Assembly (NCBI GenBank): GCA_963719315.1
Contig: CAVRBU010000003.1
Coordinates: 224,001 to 288,000 of the forward strand
Reading direction: 5' to 3'
Source of the DNA: an uncultured Planctomycetota bacterium
GTDB taxonomy: Bacteria > Planctomycetota > Planctomycetia > Pirellulales > Lacipirellulaceae
Length of the DNA stretch: 64,000 bases
Part shown: one piece after another, positions 12,328-22,815 of the stretch
How positions within the stretch are numbered: position 1 is the stretch's first letter
Layout of the letters: each line of letters begins with the position of its first letter
Translations under genes and position numbers: made by a program
The notes under the pieces: generated by a model
What the model saw: only the letters and a program-made list of their open reading frames with translations
The model's database searches: none
What the model was told of the DNA's origin: nothing

Positions 12328-12391
12328 CCACCGTCATACGAACCAACACACACCGATGTTTAGCTAGCATTCAGACGTTTTCTACTGAGCA
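11400..12391 (-). mobile_element. IS5/IS4-superfamily-like IS, 992 bp, with 15-bp perfect IRs and a 9-bp target duplication
   Basis: IR TGCTCAGTAGAAAAC at 11400 and its reverse complement at 12377-12391. ACGCCCACC is duplicated at 11391-11399 and 12392-12400. Confidence 0.92.
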
Positions 12392-12570
12392 ACGCCCACC
12401 CTTTTTCTGAAGGAGCCGCTAATCGTGTTACCTTGCAGGCAGGCGAGAATGGCGGTCGCATGTGTGGTTGTTACAGGCCTGTTACACGGTTCGGGGATGA
12501 AACGGCCGTAGAATCCAGTGGTCGGGCCGAGCGATCGGCCTGGGATCAGAACCTACTGGAGGACGGGACG

Positions 12571-14028
12571 ATGACCAAAGCATTGTGTTTGTTAGCGGGT
12601 TTGATTGTGTGGGGGATAGCCTGTGCGGCAACTGCGGAACAAGTAGCACAGGACTACCCCGTCAAAGGAAAACCCACCACACCGGCGAGCCTGCGGGCGG
12701 AAGGGCCGGCCGGATTGGAGCGGGCCTTGAGGGCCCACGACGGTTTGAAAGACCTCGTAAGCGGCCTGAACCAGTATTACGCTCGTTTATCTCGCGAAGG
12801 GGCCGATCAAAACAAAGAAGAACTGGAGAAAATCAGCCAGCAACTCACACACGTCAACCAACAGATCGCCAGCTTGGAGACAATGATTGACCAGATCGGC
12901 GGACAGCGCGGTTGCAGTGTCTCGCAGTTGTATTGGTACACCGATTTGGCTGAGGCGAAGGCGGCAGCTAAGCAGTCGGGCCGGCCGATTCTGAGCCTGC
13001 GGATGCTCGGTAAATTGACGGACGAGTATAGCTGCGCAAACAGCCGGTTCTTTCGGACGGCGCTGTATTCGAACAAAGAGATCAGCGACTTTCTACGCAC
13101 GAATTTCATTCTGCACTGGCAAAGCGTGCGGCCGGTGCCGCGCGTGACGATCGACTTCGGCGACGGCCGTAAATTGGAGCGGACGCTGACGGGCAACAGT
13201 GCGCACTATGTGCTGGCCAGCGACGGCACGCCGCTCGACGTACTGCCGGGGTTGTACAGCCCGCTGGCGTTTCGGCAGTGGCTGTGGAACGCTGCCGATT
13301 TTTATGTCAAGTATGCGAAAGCGGCCCCAGCCGATCGCGCGGCGATGCTCAAGGGCTTTCATCAGGCGCAAGAGGAATCGCTGCTACGTCAGTGGGACCT
13401 CGATATTCAACGCTTGGGGAGTCAGCGCGTCGAGTTGGTGTCGACTCGCATCAATGGTGCGATGGAATCGGCGCGGTTGGCAGGACAATCGGTGCCGGCG
13501 GCTGGTTCAGCGCCTAAAGCTGTTGCGGCAGCGAAGTGGGCAGTGGGAAAAACTATGGCCGAAGCCCCGATGTTGCGGTTCGCTAACTTGGGCGGCACGT
13601 GGATGGAACGTGGGATGGATGATGACCTGTGGCAGGCGGTCGCCAATCTGCATCGCAACGATGTGAAGCTCGATGACGCGAGCGTGGCGGTAGTCCGCAA
13701 GGAGTTTCCGGCCGCCGTCGCGATGCGCGTGGCGATCAGCAAGATGAAGCAGGAAGATCCCGTGTTGCGGCTGGTGCGATCGTTCGAGGATTCAATGAAG
13801 CTCGACACGGTGCGCAATGAGTACCTGCTCCACCGGCGAATTCACGAACGATTCCTCGACGACAAGTCGCCGACGGCCGACGTCAACGCGCTCAACGAGT
13901 GGGTCTACGCCGAGTTGTTTTTAACGCCGAGCCGCGATCCGTGGCTGGGCCTCGCCCCGAACGACGTGTACACGGCCCTCGAAAACGACGGGCGGACCGA
14001 GCCAGTGGCGAATCGGCCCAGCGGTTGA
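12571..14028 (+). CDS. Secreted hypothetical protein with a thioredoxin-like segment
   Basis: Signal peptide MTKALCLLAGLIVWGIACAATA and an RBS (ggagg). LYWYTDLAEAKAAAKQSGRPIL...CANSRFFR..F.LHW resembles Thioredoxin_7-like folds. Confidence 0.6.
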   Translation: MTKALCLLAGLIVWGIACAATAEQVAQDYPVKGKPTTPASLRAEGPAGLERALRAHDGLKDLVSGLNQYYARLSREGADQNKEELEKISQQLTHVNQQIASLETMIDQIGGQRGCSVSQLYWYTDLAEAKAAAKQSGRPILSLRMLGKLTDEYSCANSRFFRTALYSNKEISDFLRTNFILHWQSVRPVPRVTIDFGDGRKLERTLTGNSAHYVLASDGTPLDVLPGLYSPLAFRQWLWNAADFYVKYAKAAPADRAAMLKGFHQAQEESLLRQWDLDIQRLGSQRVELVSTRINGAMESARLAGQSVPAAGSAPKAVAAAKWAVGKTMAEAPMLRFANLGGTWMERGMDDDLWQAVANLHRNDVKLDDASVAVVRKEFPAAVAMRVAISKMKQEDPVLRLVRSFEDSMKLDTVRNEYLLHRRIHERFLDDKSPTADVNALNEWVYAELFLTPSRDPWLGLAPNDVYTALENDGRTEPVANRPSG

Positions 14029-14184
14029 TGATGTTTCTAGCAGTCGCCAGGCACTCGGCACATGGTGCAGCTGGGCGCAGCTCCGCGCCTGCTATTAAGG
14101 GCGACTCCTGACTCGCTTTCGTGGGTCGGGATTCGTGTTGTTTGGTAGAATGATGTGGGTCGGGCTAAAGCCCGACCCACAAAG

Positions 14185-14876
14185 ATGGCCCGCAGTCGAA
14201 TACTGACGATCGAAGATGATGCGGCGATTCGCCGAGGGATCGTCGATGCGCTGACGTTTGCCGGGTACGAGGTAATTCAGGCCGCGAATGGCGGCGATGG
14301 TTGTGCAGCGGCGATCTCGCGCGAGTACGATTTGCTGCTGTTGGATATGGTGCTGCCGGGAATGACGGGGCTGGAAATTCTGCGCAGCGTTCGCAATGTG
14401 CGGCCGACGCTGCCGGTGATCATTCTCAGCGCGCGGGGAGAAGAGCGGGATCGCGTGAACGGGTTGAAGCTGGGCGCGGATGACTATGTGGTGAAGCCGT
14501 TCAGCGTCGATGAGCTGTTGGCCCGCGTCGAGGCGGTGCTGCGGCGGTCGCCGGGGCGGCCGACGGATGTCGAAGAGCTGCCAATCGCGGGCGGGTGCGT
14601 GGATTTGCGCGGTGCGAGGTGCGGTTCGAGGATGGCGCGTGCGAAACGCTCTCCGAGCGCGAGCTATCGCTGCTGCGGTACTTCGCGTGCCACGCCGGCC
14701 GGGCGATCGGACGCGACGAACTGCTCGCCAACGTGTGGCAGATCGATGCGCGGGGCGTGACGACGCGAACGATCGACATGCATGTGGCACGGCTGCGGGA
14801 GAAACTGCGCGATACGAGCGACGAGGCGCGGGTGTTGGTGACGGTGCATGGGAAGGGGTATATGTTGGCGAAGTAG
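14185..14876 (+). CDS. OmpR/PhoB-family response regulator (frameshift near 14605)
   Basis: Receiver domain ILTIEDD..LLDMVLPG..GADDYVVKPF. The winged-helix TRTIDMHVARLREKL..TVHGKGY lies in the next frame. Confidence 0.9.
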
Positions 14877-14960
14877 TCCGTTGTCCGTGGTCCGTTGTTG
14901 CCAAGCCGCAAGCGGCGTAAGTGCGGTGTCAGAATTCTGGCTCTTGACTCTCGACTCTCC

Positions 14961-16970
14961 ATGAAACGACCCTGGCAAGTTTGGCTTGTGTTTGCCGTGT
15001 GCGTGCTGGGCGCGGCGGGGGCGATGGCGTGGCTGACGCGCGAGGCGGTGGACGCCGATCGGCAGCGGCGGGCGGCGCAGGCGGAGGCGGAGCTCGAACA
15101 GCGGGTGAGCCTGGCCGTGTGGCGGATGGATACGGAGCTGGCGCCGATTATTGCGGCCGAAGTGATTCGACCTGCGAGCGCGTTTCGGCCGGGCGCGCTT
15201 GCCGCCGAGTTGCCGCCGTTCGTGCTGTTGCAGTTCCAAATTCTACCGAACGGCGTTTGGCAATCGCCGCAGTTGCCGGCGGCGCACTCGCCGCTCATGG
15301 CGCGATTACAGGAATTGACGCTATCGATTGCGTATCAACAGCTCTTGCCCGAATTGCCGGATGCGCCGTTGCCGAGCGCGGAGGAGGTGGCGCGGAACCA
15401 AATGGCGGGAAACAACGAATGGAATACGCCGAATGTGGGGCAGCGGACCGAGCAAAGCCCATACTCCGGCATTGCGATGAATTCGCCACCCAACACATTG
15501 CAGCAACAGGAGGACAAACCCTATCAGTTCTTCGAAGGGAATCGCGGATACAACTTCCCGAACTCATCGAACCAGGCGCAGCAGCAGCCAGCGCCGAACG
15601 CGCCTGCTGCGAATCAACAAGCGCAAGCGGCGCCGCAGCGGGGCTCGAAAGAGGCTGACTTTCAGCAGCGAAGCCAGCGGATTCAGAGTGCGGCCCAACA
15701 AAACCTGCTCAACTACAATCAGCGCAAGACGGCTGCCGATGATCCGCAGGCCGAGTTTCCGCCGGACATAAAAGATACTGGTCCGGCGAGCGCAAAGAGC
15801 ATGCCCACGCCGAGCCGAGGGCATGCCACGCAAACGGAGGAACAAGTGGGCGTGAGCCGGCCGGTGTGGGTGGGCGATCGGTTGCTGCTCGCGCGGCGGG
15901 TGACGAGCGGCGGCGCGACCGTCGTGCAAGGTTCGTGGCTCGACTGGCCGCAGCTCAAGGCGCGGTTGCTGGGCGAGGCGTCGGATCTGTTGCCGAAGGC
16001 CGACCTCGTGCCGGTGAGTGGCGACGCGGCGGACGATCCTTCGCGGATGCTGGCCGGGTTGCCGGTGCGGTTGGTGGTAAATGAAAGTGTGGCCAGCGTG
16101 GGCGCGGGGCCGACGTTGCGGTGGGCGTTGTGGATGGGTTGGGGCGCGGTGCTGTTGGCCGTGGCGGCCGCGGCGGCGCTGTTGCATGGCGTGATGACAC
16201 TGAGCGAACGCCGGGCGGCGTTTGTATCGAGCGTGACGCACGAATTGCGGACGCCGCTCACCACGTTTCGGATGTACGCCGAGATGCTAGCCAAAGGGAT
16301 GGTGCCGGATGCCGCGCAGCGGCAGGAGTATTACAACACGCTTCAAAAAGAGTCGGAGCGGCTTACGCTCTTGGTCGAGAACGTGCTCTCGTACGCCCGG
16401 TTGGAGCGGGGCCGGAAGCCGCAGGCGCAGGACCGGGTGACGGTCGCCGCGCTGCTGCAACGCGTGCGAACGCGGCTCGAACAACGGGCGGCGCGGGCGG
16501 GGATGGAGTGCGTAATTGACCTCCCAATCCCTCGGGGAGAGGGCCGGGGTGAGGGTGGCTTGGAGTCTATAAATGCACCCTCACCCTGCCCTCTCCCAAA
16601 GGGAGAGGGTTTCAACCAGGAATTCACGACCGATCTGGCCGTGGTCGAGCAAATCCTCTTCAACCTGGTAGACAACGCGGCCAAGTACGCGCGGAACGCG
16701 ACCGACCGGCGGATTCACGTGGAAGCGAACCGCAACGGCCAGTATGTGAAGCTGATCGTGCGCGACCACGGGCCGGGTATCGGCCACCAAGCGGCGGAGC
16801 GGACGCAGCCGTTCGAGAAGAGCGCGCAGGAATCGGCGGAGAGTGCGCCGGGCGTTGGATTGGGGCTAGCGCTGTGCCGGCGGCTGGCGCGCGAGTTGGG
16901 CGGGCGATTGGATGTGGCCGGCGCGTCGGGCGAAGGGGCGGAGGTGACGCTGCTGTTGCCACTAATTTAG
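14961..16970 (+). CDS. Sensor histidine kinase
   Basis: Two TM segments, H-box VTHELRTPLT, N-box NLVDNAAKY, G-boxes DHGPGI and GVGLGLAL. Confidence 0.93.
   Translation: MKRPWQVWLVFAVCVLGAAGAMAWLTREAVDADRQRRAAQAEAELEQRVSLAVWRMDTELAPIIAAEVIRPASAFRPGALAAELPPFVLLQFQILPNGVWQSPQLPAAHSPLMARLQELTLSIAYQQLLPELPDAPLPSAEEVARNQMAGNNEWNTPNVGQRTEQSPYSGIAMNSPPNTLQQQEDKPYQFFEGNRGYNFPNSSNQAQQQPAPNAPAANQQAQAAPQRGSKEADFQQRSQRIQSAAQQNLLNYNQRKTAADDPQAEFPPDIKDTGPASAKSMPTPSRGHATQTEEQVGVSRPVWVGDRLLLARRVTSGGATVVQGSWLDWPQLKARLLGEASDLLPKADLVPVSGDAADDPSRMLAGLPVRLVVNESVASVGAGPTLRWALWMGWGAVLLAVAAAAALLHGVMTLSERRAAFVSSVTHELRTPLTTFRMYAEMLAKGMVPDAAQRQEYYNTLQKESERLTLLVENVLSYARLERGRKPQAQDRVTVAALLQRVRTRLEQRAARAGMECVIDLPIPRGEGRGEGGLESINAPSPCPLPKGEGFNQEFTTDLAVVEQILFNLVDNAAKYARNATDRRIHVEANRNGQYVKLIVRDHGPGIGHQAAERTQPFEKSAQESAESAPGVGLGLALCRRLARELGGRLDVAGASGEGAEVTLLLPLI
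16520..16610. repeat. Palindromic REP-like element (CCCTCTCCC/GGGAGAGGG family) in-frame inside the kinase
   Basis: ggggagagggccggggtgaggg ... ccctcaccctgccctctcccaaagggagaggg, translated as PIPRGEGRGEG...PSPCPLPKGEG. Confidence 0.8.
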
Positions 16971-16999
16971 TTGATCTCGCCAAATTATTTCGACAGAAT

Positions 17000-17353
17000 A
17001 TGGATATGTTTAACTTGATTGTGTTCGCGCTGATTACGATAGCGGTCGTGCTGTCACTAGTTTTTCGGCGATCATTGATTGTCCGTATTGGTGGCGTAGC
17101 GTTTTTGTGTTTATTAGCGACGCTCCCCGCCACATATCTTTTGGCCGGACATCGATTGGTTATGGAGAAAGGCTATGACCACTTCAAGGTTCCCGCCGGA
17201 GACCTACCGCAAGATTTTATGCTTGCGGTCGACTACGTCCAGACGATGAACCATCTGGACCTTTCTTTGTACCTGGCAATTATCGCCGCCCTGACAGTCT
17301 TAGCGGTATTTCCGATCAAGCACTGGCCTAAGTCTGGCGGCGATCAGACTTAA
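17000..17353 (+). CDS. Small membrane protein, hypothetical (lower GC)
   Basis: Three hydrophobic segments; AT-richer than its neighbours. Confidence 0.6.
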   Translation: MDMFNLIVFALITIAVVLSLVFRRSLIVRIGGVAFLCLLATLPATYLLAGHRLVMEKGYDHFKVPAGDLPQDFMLAVDYVQTMNHLDLSLYLAIIAALTVLAVFPIKHWPKSGGDQT

Positions 17354-17523
17354 TTATTGGTCCGGCTACAAGGGCTCACATGGCGGTTGGCCAAAGTTTG
17401 CCGCACTGCCCTCATTAGTGCCGTAACGGTATATTTGGGCTGGGGCCGGCGATGCGTAGCATCGCGGCTGTTGTGGCGTTTTGATTTTGTTTCCTTGTAT
17501 CCGTCACCTGCATCTTTCTTCTG

Positions 17524-20345
17524 ATGAAAACTGACGAGCTACGCGAGAAGTATTTGGCCTTTTTTGAGACGAAGGGGCACAAGCGGGTTGCCAGCGATGT
17601 GCTGGTGCCGACTTGGGATCCTTCGGTGCTGTTCACGCCGGCCGGCATGAACCAGTTCAAGGACCACTTCTTGGGCAAGGTGAAGCTGGAGTTCACGCGG
17701 GCCACCACTTGCCAGAAGTGTTTGCGGACGGGGGACATCGATAACGTGGGCCGCACGGCGTATCACCACACGTTTTTCGAGATGCTGGGGAACTTCAGCT
17801 TCGGTGATTATTTCAAGCGCGATGCGATCAATTGGGCGTGGGCATTTCTGACGGATAAGAAGTGGCTCGGACTTAAGTCCGAGCTACTGACGGTGACGGT
17901 CTATACGGATGACGACGAGGCGGCCCAGATTTGGGCGAAGGATGTGAAGCTCACGCCGGATCGGATTGAGCGGTGTGGCGAGGATGAGAACTTTTGGCCG
18001 GCCAATGCGCCGAGCCAGGGGCCGGACGGCGTGTGTGGGCCGTGCAGCGAAATTTATTTTCATCCGGAGGGCTCGAAGTCGGTCGAGATTTGGAACCTGG
18101 TATTCACACAGTTCAATCGGGTCGGCGAACCGCCGAAAAACTTGCGGCCGTTGCCTTCGAAGAACATCGACACGGGCATGGGGCTAGAACGCTGCGCCTC
18201 GACATTGCAGGGCGTGCCGACGAACTACCATATCGACAGCATTCTGCCGATCGTGCTGGCAGCGGCCGACGTATGTGGCACGAAGTACGAGTATGAGTCG
18301 GATAACGGCCGGCGGTTGCGGCGGATCACCGATCATGTGCGGGCCTGCACGTTTGCGGTGCATGAGAACGTGTACCCTGGCGCGAACAAGGAGAAATACG
18401 TCGTCAAGCGGCTGCTGCGACGGGCCGTGCTGGATGGGCACCAGATGGGGCTGCGCGATCCGTTTTTGCACAAGCTCGTGCCGATGGTGGCCGAGATGAT
18501 GAAGCGGCCGTATCCGGAGCTGTCGGAGACGGTGAAACGCGTGAGCGGCGTGATCGAGAAAGAAGAGGCGAACTTCTTCGGCACGATCGACGCCGGGCTA
18601 AGCCACATCGAACGCGTGTTCGACGAGATGCGGCGCGAGAATCGAGTGGCCGTCGATGGGGCGGTCGCAGCCGAGTTGTACCAAACGTATGGCGTACCGC
18701 CGGAGTTGTTCGAGTCGCTGGCGGCGGAGCATAACCTGGCGTTCGACTGGCAAGGTTACGAGCACGCGATGGAGGAGCACGGCGAAGTCTCTGGCAAAGT
18801 GCAACACGCCGTAATGGGAACCCGCGGGCCGATCGATTCGCTTAAGCAGGCGCTGCACACGACCGAGTTTCTGGGCTACGAGAAGACCGAGGCGGACGCA
18901 GTCATCAAGGGCATCATTGCGGGCACCGCGCCGGACGATCACTTGTGCGACAAGATGGAAGAGGTAGGGCACGAGAACAAGGTGCGGGTAGTGCTCGATC
19001 GCACGCCGTTTTATGGCGAGAGCGGCGGGCAGGTGGGCGACACCGGGAAACTCGTGGGCGATGGGTTCGAGTTTGCCGTGACCGATACGCAGAAGGACGG
19101 CGGACTCGTGATTCACGAAGGGCGCCTCGTGCGCGGCGTGATGCGCGAAGGGGCCAAAGTGAAAGCGGTCGTCGATACGAATCGGCGGACCGGCATTCGG
19201 CGGGCGCACTCGGCGACACACATCCTGCACTACGCATTGCAGAAGAATCTTGGTTCCCACGCGCAACAGCAGGGTTCGAAGGTCGATGAAGATTGGTTGC
19301 GGTTCGACTTCACGAATTTGAGCCCGGTGACCGGCGAGCAGCTTGCAGCGATCAACTCCGATGTCGCGGAGCGGATCAAGGCGGCTGAGGCAGTGAAGTG
19401 GCAGACGTTGCCGCTGGCGGAGGCTCGTCAGCAGGGCGCGATGATGCTGTTTGGCGAGAAGTACCCCGACCCGGTGCGGATGGTATCGATGGGCGCGTTC
19501 AGCAAGGAACTGTGCGGCGGAACGCATCTCACGAACACGGGCGAGGTCGAGCAGTTCGAGATTTTGAGCGAGGAAGGCGTGTCGGCGGGCACGCGGCGGA
19601 TCACGGCGCTCACCGGGCGCGGGCGGCCGAGCATGTGAAGCAGATTGAATCGGCGGCGAATTCTGCGGCGAAGTTGCTCGATGTGCCGCCGCATGAAGTT
19701 GCGGAAGCGGTGGCGAGCCTGGTGAGTCACGCGCGCGAGCTTCGCAAACAGTTGAGCAGCGGTGGGGCGGCGGTCGCTAGGCCGCAAGCGGTGGTTCGTA
19801 AATTGAAGACGGATGCCAAGGCCACGTTCGAGCGGATCAAGCAGGGCTTGGCGGATGCGGGCCGGTTGCTGTCGGTGGCGATGCTCGCCGTGCCGCAACG
19901 GATTGAATCGCTCCAGGCTGAGATCGCAACGCTGGAAAAGCAGCTTTCCGAGCGGGCAGCGGCGGGACCGCTGTCCGGCGAAGCATTGTTGGAATCGGCC
20001 GAGGACGTGGGCGGCGTGACGGTGGTGGTCACGGAAGTACCAGGTGTCGAAGGCAATTTGATGCGTCAGTTGATCGACCAGGTGCGCGGCAAAACGTCGT
20101 CCTCGGCCGTGCTGCTGGCAAGTCGGCAGGGCGACGATAAGGTCACGTTGGTCGCGGGAATTAGCAAGGATTTGCAAGCCAAGAAGCTGAGCGCCGGCGA
20201 GTGGATTCGTCCCGTGGCGGCGGCGGTTGGCGGGGGCGGCGGGGGACGGCCCGACATGGCGCAGGCCGGCGGCAAGGAGCCGGCCAAGTTGCCCGAGGCT
20301 CTCCAGATTGCCAAGGAGACGATCCGGAAAATGGTAGCGGGTTGA
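17524..20345 (+). CDS. alaS: Alanine--tRNA ligase (frameshift near 19617)
   Basis: FTPAGMNQFK, HHTFFEMLGNFSFGDYFK, DTGMGLER, HSATHIL and ELCGGTH. The C-Ala domain GGGGGRPDMAQAGG lies in the following frame. Confidence 0.97.
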
Positions 20346-20398
20346 TGGCGCCTTCGTACAAAGCTCGTTTTCGTTACGGCTTTGCACACGAAGTCTTA

Positions 20399-20614
20399 GT
20401 AGGTCCCTTCTGCCGGAAGGGACCCTAGTGCTTTGTCACAGCTAAAAATTGGGGTTGGGCGCATCAGCCGCGGGGCGCTAGCCCCCGGTTTGTGCCGCTC
20501 CAACCGGGGGCTAGCGCCCCGCGGCTAATCCCAAAATCAAGCTGTGACAAAGCACTAGCGAATTCGCAATGCCGAAAAAGCAGGTTTAGGTCCCGCTAGG
20601 CAAGCGGGACCTAC
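20399..20614. repeat. GTAG-type REP doublet (REPIN-like) interrupted by a MITE
   Basis: GTAGGTCCCTTCTGCCGGAAGGGACC with inverted partner AGGTCCCGCTAGGCAAGCGGGACCTAC. Uninterrupted relatives at 40802, 40991 and 51222. Confidence 0.85.
20425..20558. mobile_element. MITE with 19-bp perfect terminal IR including CTAG (IS630/TA-target-like)
   Basis: CTAGTGCTTTGTCACAGCT ... AGCTGTGACAAAGCACTAG; internal 25-bp-stem hairpin at 20466-20526. Confidence 0.75.
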
Positions 20615-20803
20615 TTTTTGGGCAGTGCTAGCTCATCAAAATTTCATTAAACGCGGATTGCCGCGGATGAGCGAAACGTCCTAAGATGAAATATCCAAGG
20701 CGGGCGGCCGAAGCACTAGGTTGACAGTCATCGTGCATCGGTCGCAGGACCATTCTCAGGAACATGGCGCCCTTCTAGCGCCCGCAGACAGACGGAGCGA
20801 ATC

Positions 20804-21178
20804 GTGGCTATTCATAATGTTGATGGCCTGGAGATGAATGTCGATCGCGGCCCTAATTGGCTGTTCGTGAAGTTGCGATCGAAGGAAGAGGCGGTCCCGG
20901 CCGTGCCGCAAATCGCGGACAAGCTGTGGTCGATTTCATCGCGGCATTTTATTTACCGCCTCGTGTTGGAACTGGAAGATTTGGAAGAAATGCCGAATGG
21001 CATGATGGGCCAGTTGGTGCTGCTGCAGGAGCGGCTAGCGCAATGCGGTGGCGCGCTGCGGATTTGCGGCCTCTCGCCCGAGTGTGAGGAAGCGCTGCAA
21101 AGTTGCCATTTGGACTCGGCGTTGCCGAATCATGCGTCGCGCGAGCAGGCCGTAATGGGCGGCAGCGAGTACGCGTAA
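20804..21178 (+). CDS. STAS-domain protein (anti-anti-sigma-like)
   Basis: RLVLELEDLEEMPNGMMGQLVLLQERLAQCGGALRICGLSPEC matches the STAS pattern. Confidence 0.8.
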   Translation: MAIHNVDGLEMNVDRGPNWLFVKLRSKEEAVPAVPQIADKLWSISSRHFIYRLVLELEDLEEMPNGMMGQLVLLQERLAQCGGALRICGLSPECEEALQSCHLDSALPNHASREQAVMGGSEYA

Positions 21179-21197
21179 TCGGTTGCAAACCGAACGT

Positions 21198-21294
21198 GGG
21201 GTGGGCTTGGGGTCGAACGAAGTGAGCCCCCAGCGCGCAGAGCTTGCTCCACTTCACTGGGGGCTCGTCCTCCCCGGCGGATTCGACCCCAGGC
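21198..21294. repeat. Intergenic palindromic element (GGGTGGCTGGGGTCG../GAGCCCCCAG family) between convergent genes
   Basis: tggggtcgaa..gagcccccag...ctgggggctc..ttcgacccca; relatives at 36374 and 39452. Confidence 0.65.
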
Positions 21295-21321
21295 AGCCTT
21301 TCACTAGATGGCACACATCGT

Positions 21322-22815
21322 TTACTTCGCGCCGTTGAGATACTTCTGGCGAATTTTCTGCAGCGCTTCGAGGGCCGGCTTGGGTTTGTCGGCTGCGTCG
21401 AACAGGCCGCTATGCGGGTAGTGGTGGGGAGCCGCGTCGGAGAGCTGGTTCCAGAGCACGATCTGCACGGCATTCTTGGCGAGCAATAGTGGCACGTGCT
21501 TGTTAATCCAATCGCGTTGCGATTGGGGCGTCACGTCGTTCGCGTCGCCCGCGATCACTCGGACTTTGCCGTTGGCCTGCGGGTCCTCGGCCGCGGAGCT
21601 GGGAATCGTGAGCGCTACCAGCAGCGGCAACTCGAGCAGGCTCCAGGTATCGATCAGGCGGCTGACGGCAAGCGGGCCACGCTGCACGGACCCGCCGGGA
21701 TGGTAGCCGAGGTTGATCTCGAGCCCGATTCCGGAGAGGCCCAAGTCGGCGCGGACCAGCGCGTCGGCAAAGTGGAGCGGCGCGAGATCCAGCTGCTCGC
21801 TGGCCAGGTACTCGGCCCACGGCTGGTCGAAGGTGACCACGAGCGGCGTCGTGGGATCGAGCTGCCGCACGGTGCTGATTGCTTTCGCGGCGACCTGCAG
21901 CCGAGCTTCTTCGTTGAGGCCGAGGGCGTGGCCGCGGGTCATGCGGGCGGCGACTTGCCAGAGATGCACTCTTCCGCGATAGCGCTCCACGACCGCGCGA
22001 ACGTGGTCCAGCATGAACCCGATCAGACTGCTGAAGTCGCCTTCCCAGAGGTAAGTCCAATCGGGTACTCCGCGGTCATCGAGCTCCAGTAGCGGGCCGG
22101 CGGCGATACGGAGGCCGGCGGAGTGGGCCCATTCGACCTGGGCATCGGACTGGGTCCATGTTCGCCGGCCTTCGACCGCTTCGATCGTGCGCCAGTTGAT
22201 CGGCAGCGAGACCATGTTGAATGAATTGACCACGTGCCGGGCGACGTTGGCCTTGGGCCGCTGACCGCCGAGGTTGACGCCGAACCATGAGGCAAACGGT
22301 CGGGGCTGGGCTCGGCGGAGGGCGATGGCTTGCCGCACGTACTCTTCGGTGAGCTCGTGCATGGCGCCGACGGTCGTGGCCAGCGACCGCTCGGCCCACT
22401 CGGCAGCGGCGGGCACGTCGTTTTGCAGCGTCGCCGCGCGGGAGAATTGGACCGTGGCTTCCAACACTTTCGCCCGGAGCTGTTCGGGCAACTGCAGGCC
22501 CAACATTTCCCACTGCGCGATCTGGTTGCGCAGGTTGTTGGTCATGCCGCGGGCGAGCTCGACCTCCAGCACGTACGGCCGGTCGCGTTCCATCAGCGTC
22601 GAGGTGCCGATGAGCACGGGGCTCGATTTATCGATCTGCCAGGGGACGAAAACGCGGCCGGAGTCGTCTTCGTTGCGTTCGATGATGAGTTGCTCGCCGC
22701 TGAAGTACGCGCGGCCGAACCAGGGGAGATCGTCCTGGCCGCAGATGTGAACGTGGTCGAGCCCGCCCGGCGGAATCCGTTCGCGATCGTGGACGATAAG
22801 TCGCATCAAGCCCAT
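21322..22815 (-). CDS. GH10-like TIM-barrel domain protein
   Basis: VVERYRGRVHLWQV, GLFDAADKPKPAL and W..IE..EG patterns resemble GH10. The catalytic NE motif is not evident. Confidence 0.7.
   Translation of the reverse strand: MGLMRLIVHDRERIPPGGLDHVHICGQDDLPWFGRAYFSGEQLIIERNEDDSGRVFVPWQIDKSSPVLIGTSTLMERDRPYVLEVELARGMTNNLRNQIAQWEMLGLQLPEQLRAKVLEATVQFSRAATLQNDVPAAAEWAERSLATTVGAMHELTEEYVRQAIALRRAQPRPFASWFGVNLGGQRPKANVARHVVNSFNMVSLPINWRTIEAVEGRRTWTQSDAQVEWAHSAGLRIAAGPLLELDDRGVPDWTYLWEGDFSSLIGFMLDHVRAVVERYRGRVHLWQVAARMTRGHALGLNEEARLQVAAKAISTVRQLDPTTPLVVTFDQPWAEYLASEQLDLAPLHFADALVRADLGLSGIGLEINLGYHPGGSVQRGPLAVSRLIDTWSLLELPLLVALTIPSSAAEDPQANGKVRVIAGDANDVTPQSQRDWINKHVPLLLAKNAVQIVLWNQLSDAAPHHYPHSGLFDAADKPKPALEALQKIRQKYLNGAK

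Larger units (their letters stand above)
9871..12401 (+). mobile_element. ISKra4-family-like IS, copy 2 (right IR interrupted by the IS at 11400-12391)
   Basis: Near-identical to copy 1 at offset 1538. The right IR runs to 11399 and its final base is at 12401, after the nested element. Confidence 0.88.

Noticed and set aside
19600..19640. alaS as a true pseudogene or programmed frameshift
   Set aside because: Essential gene, no slippery motif, and many similar indels across the window; sequencing error is more likely.
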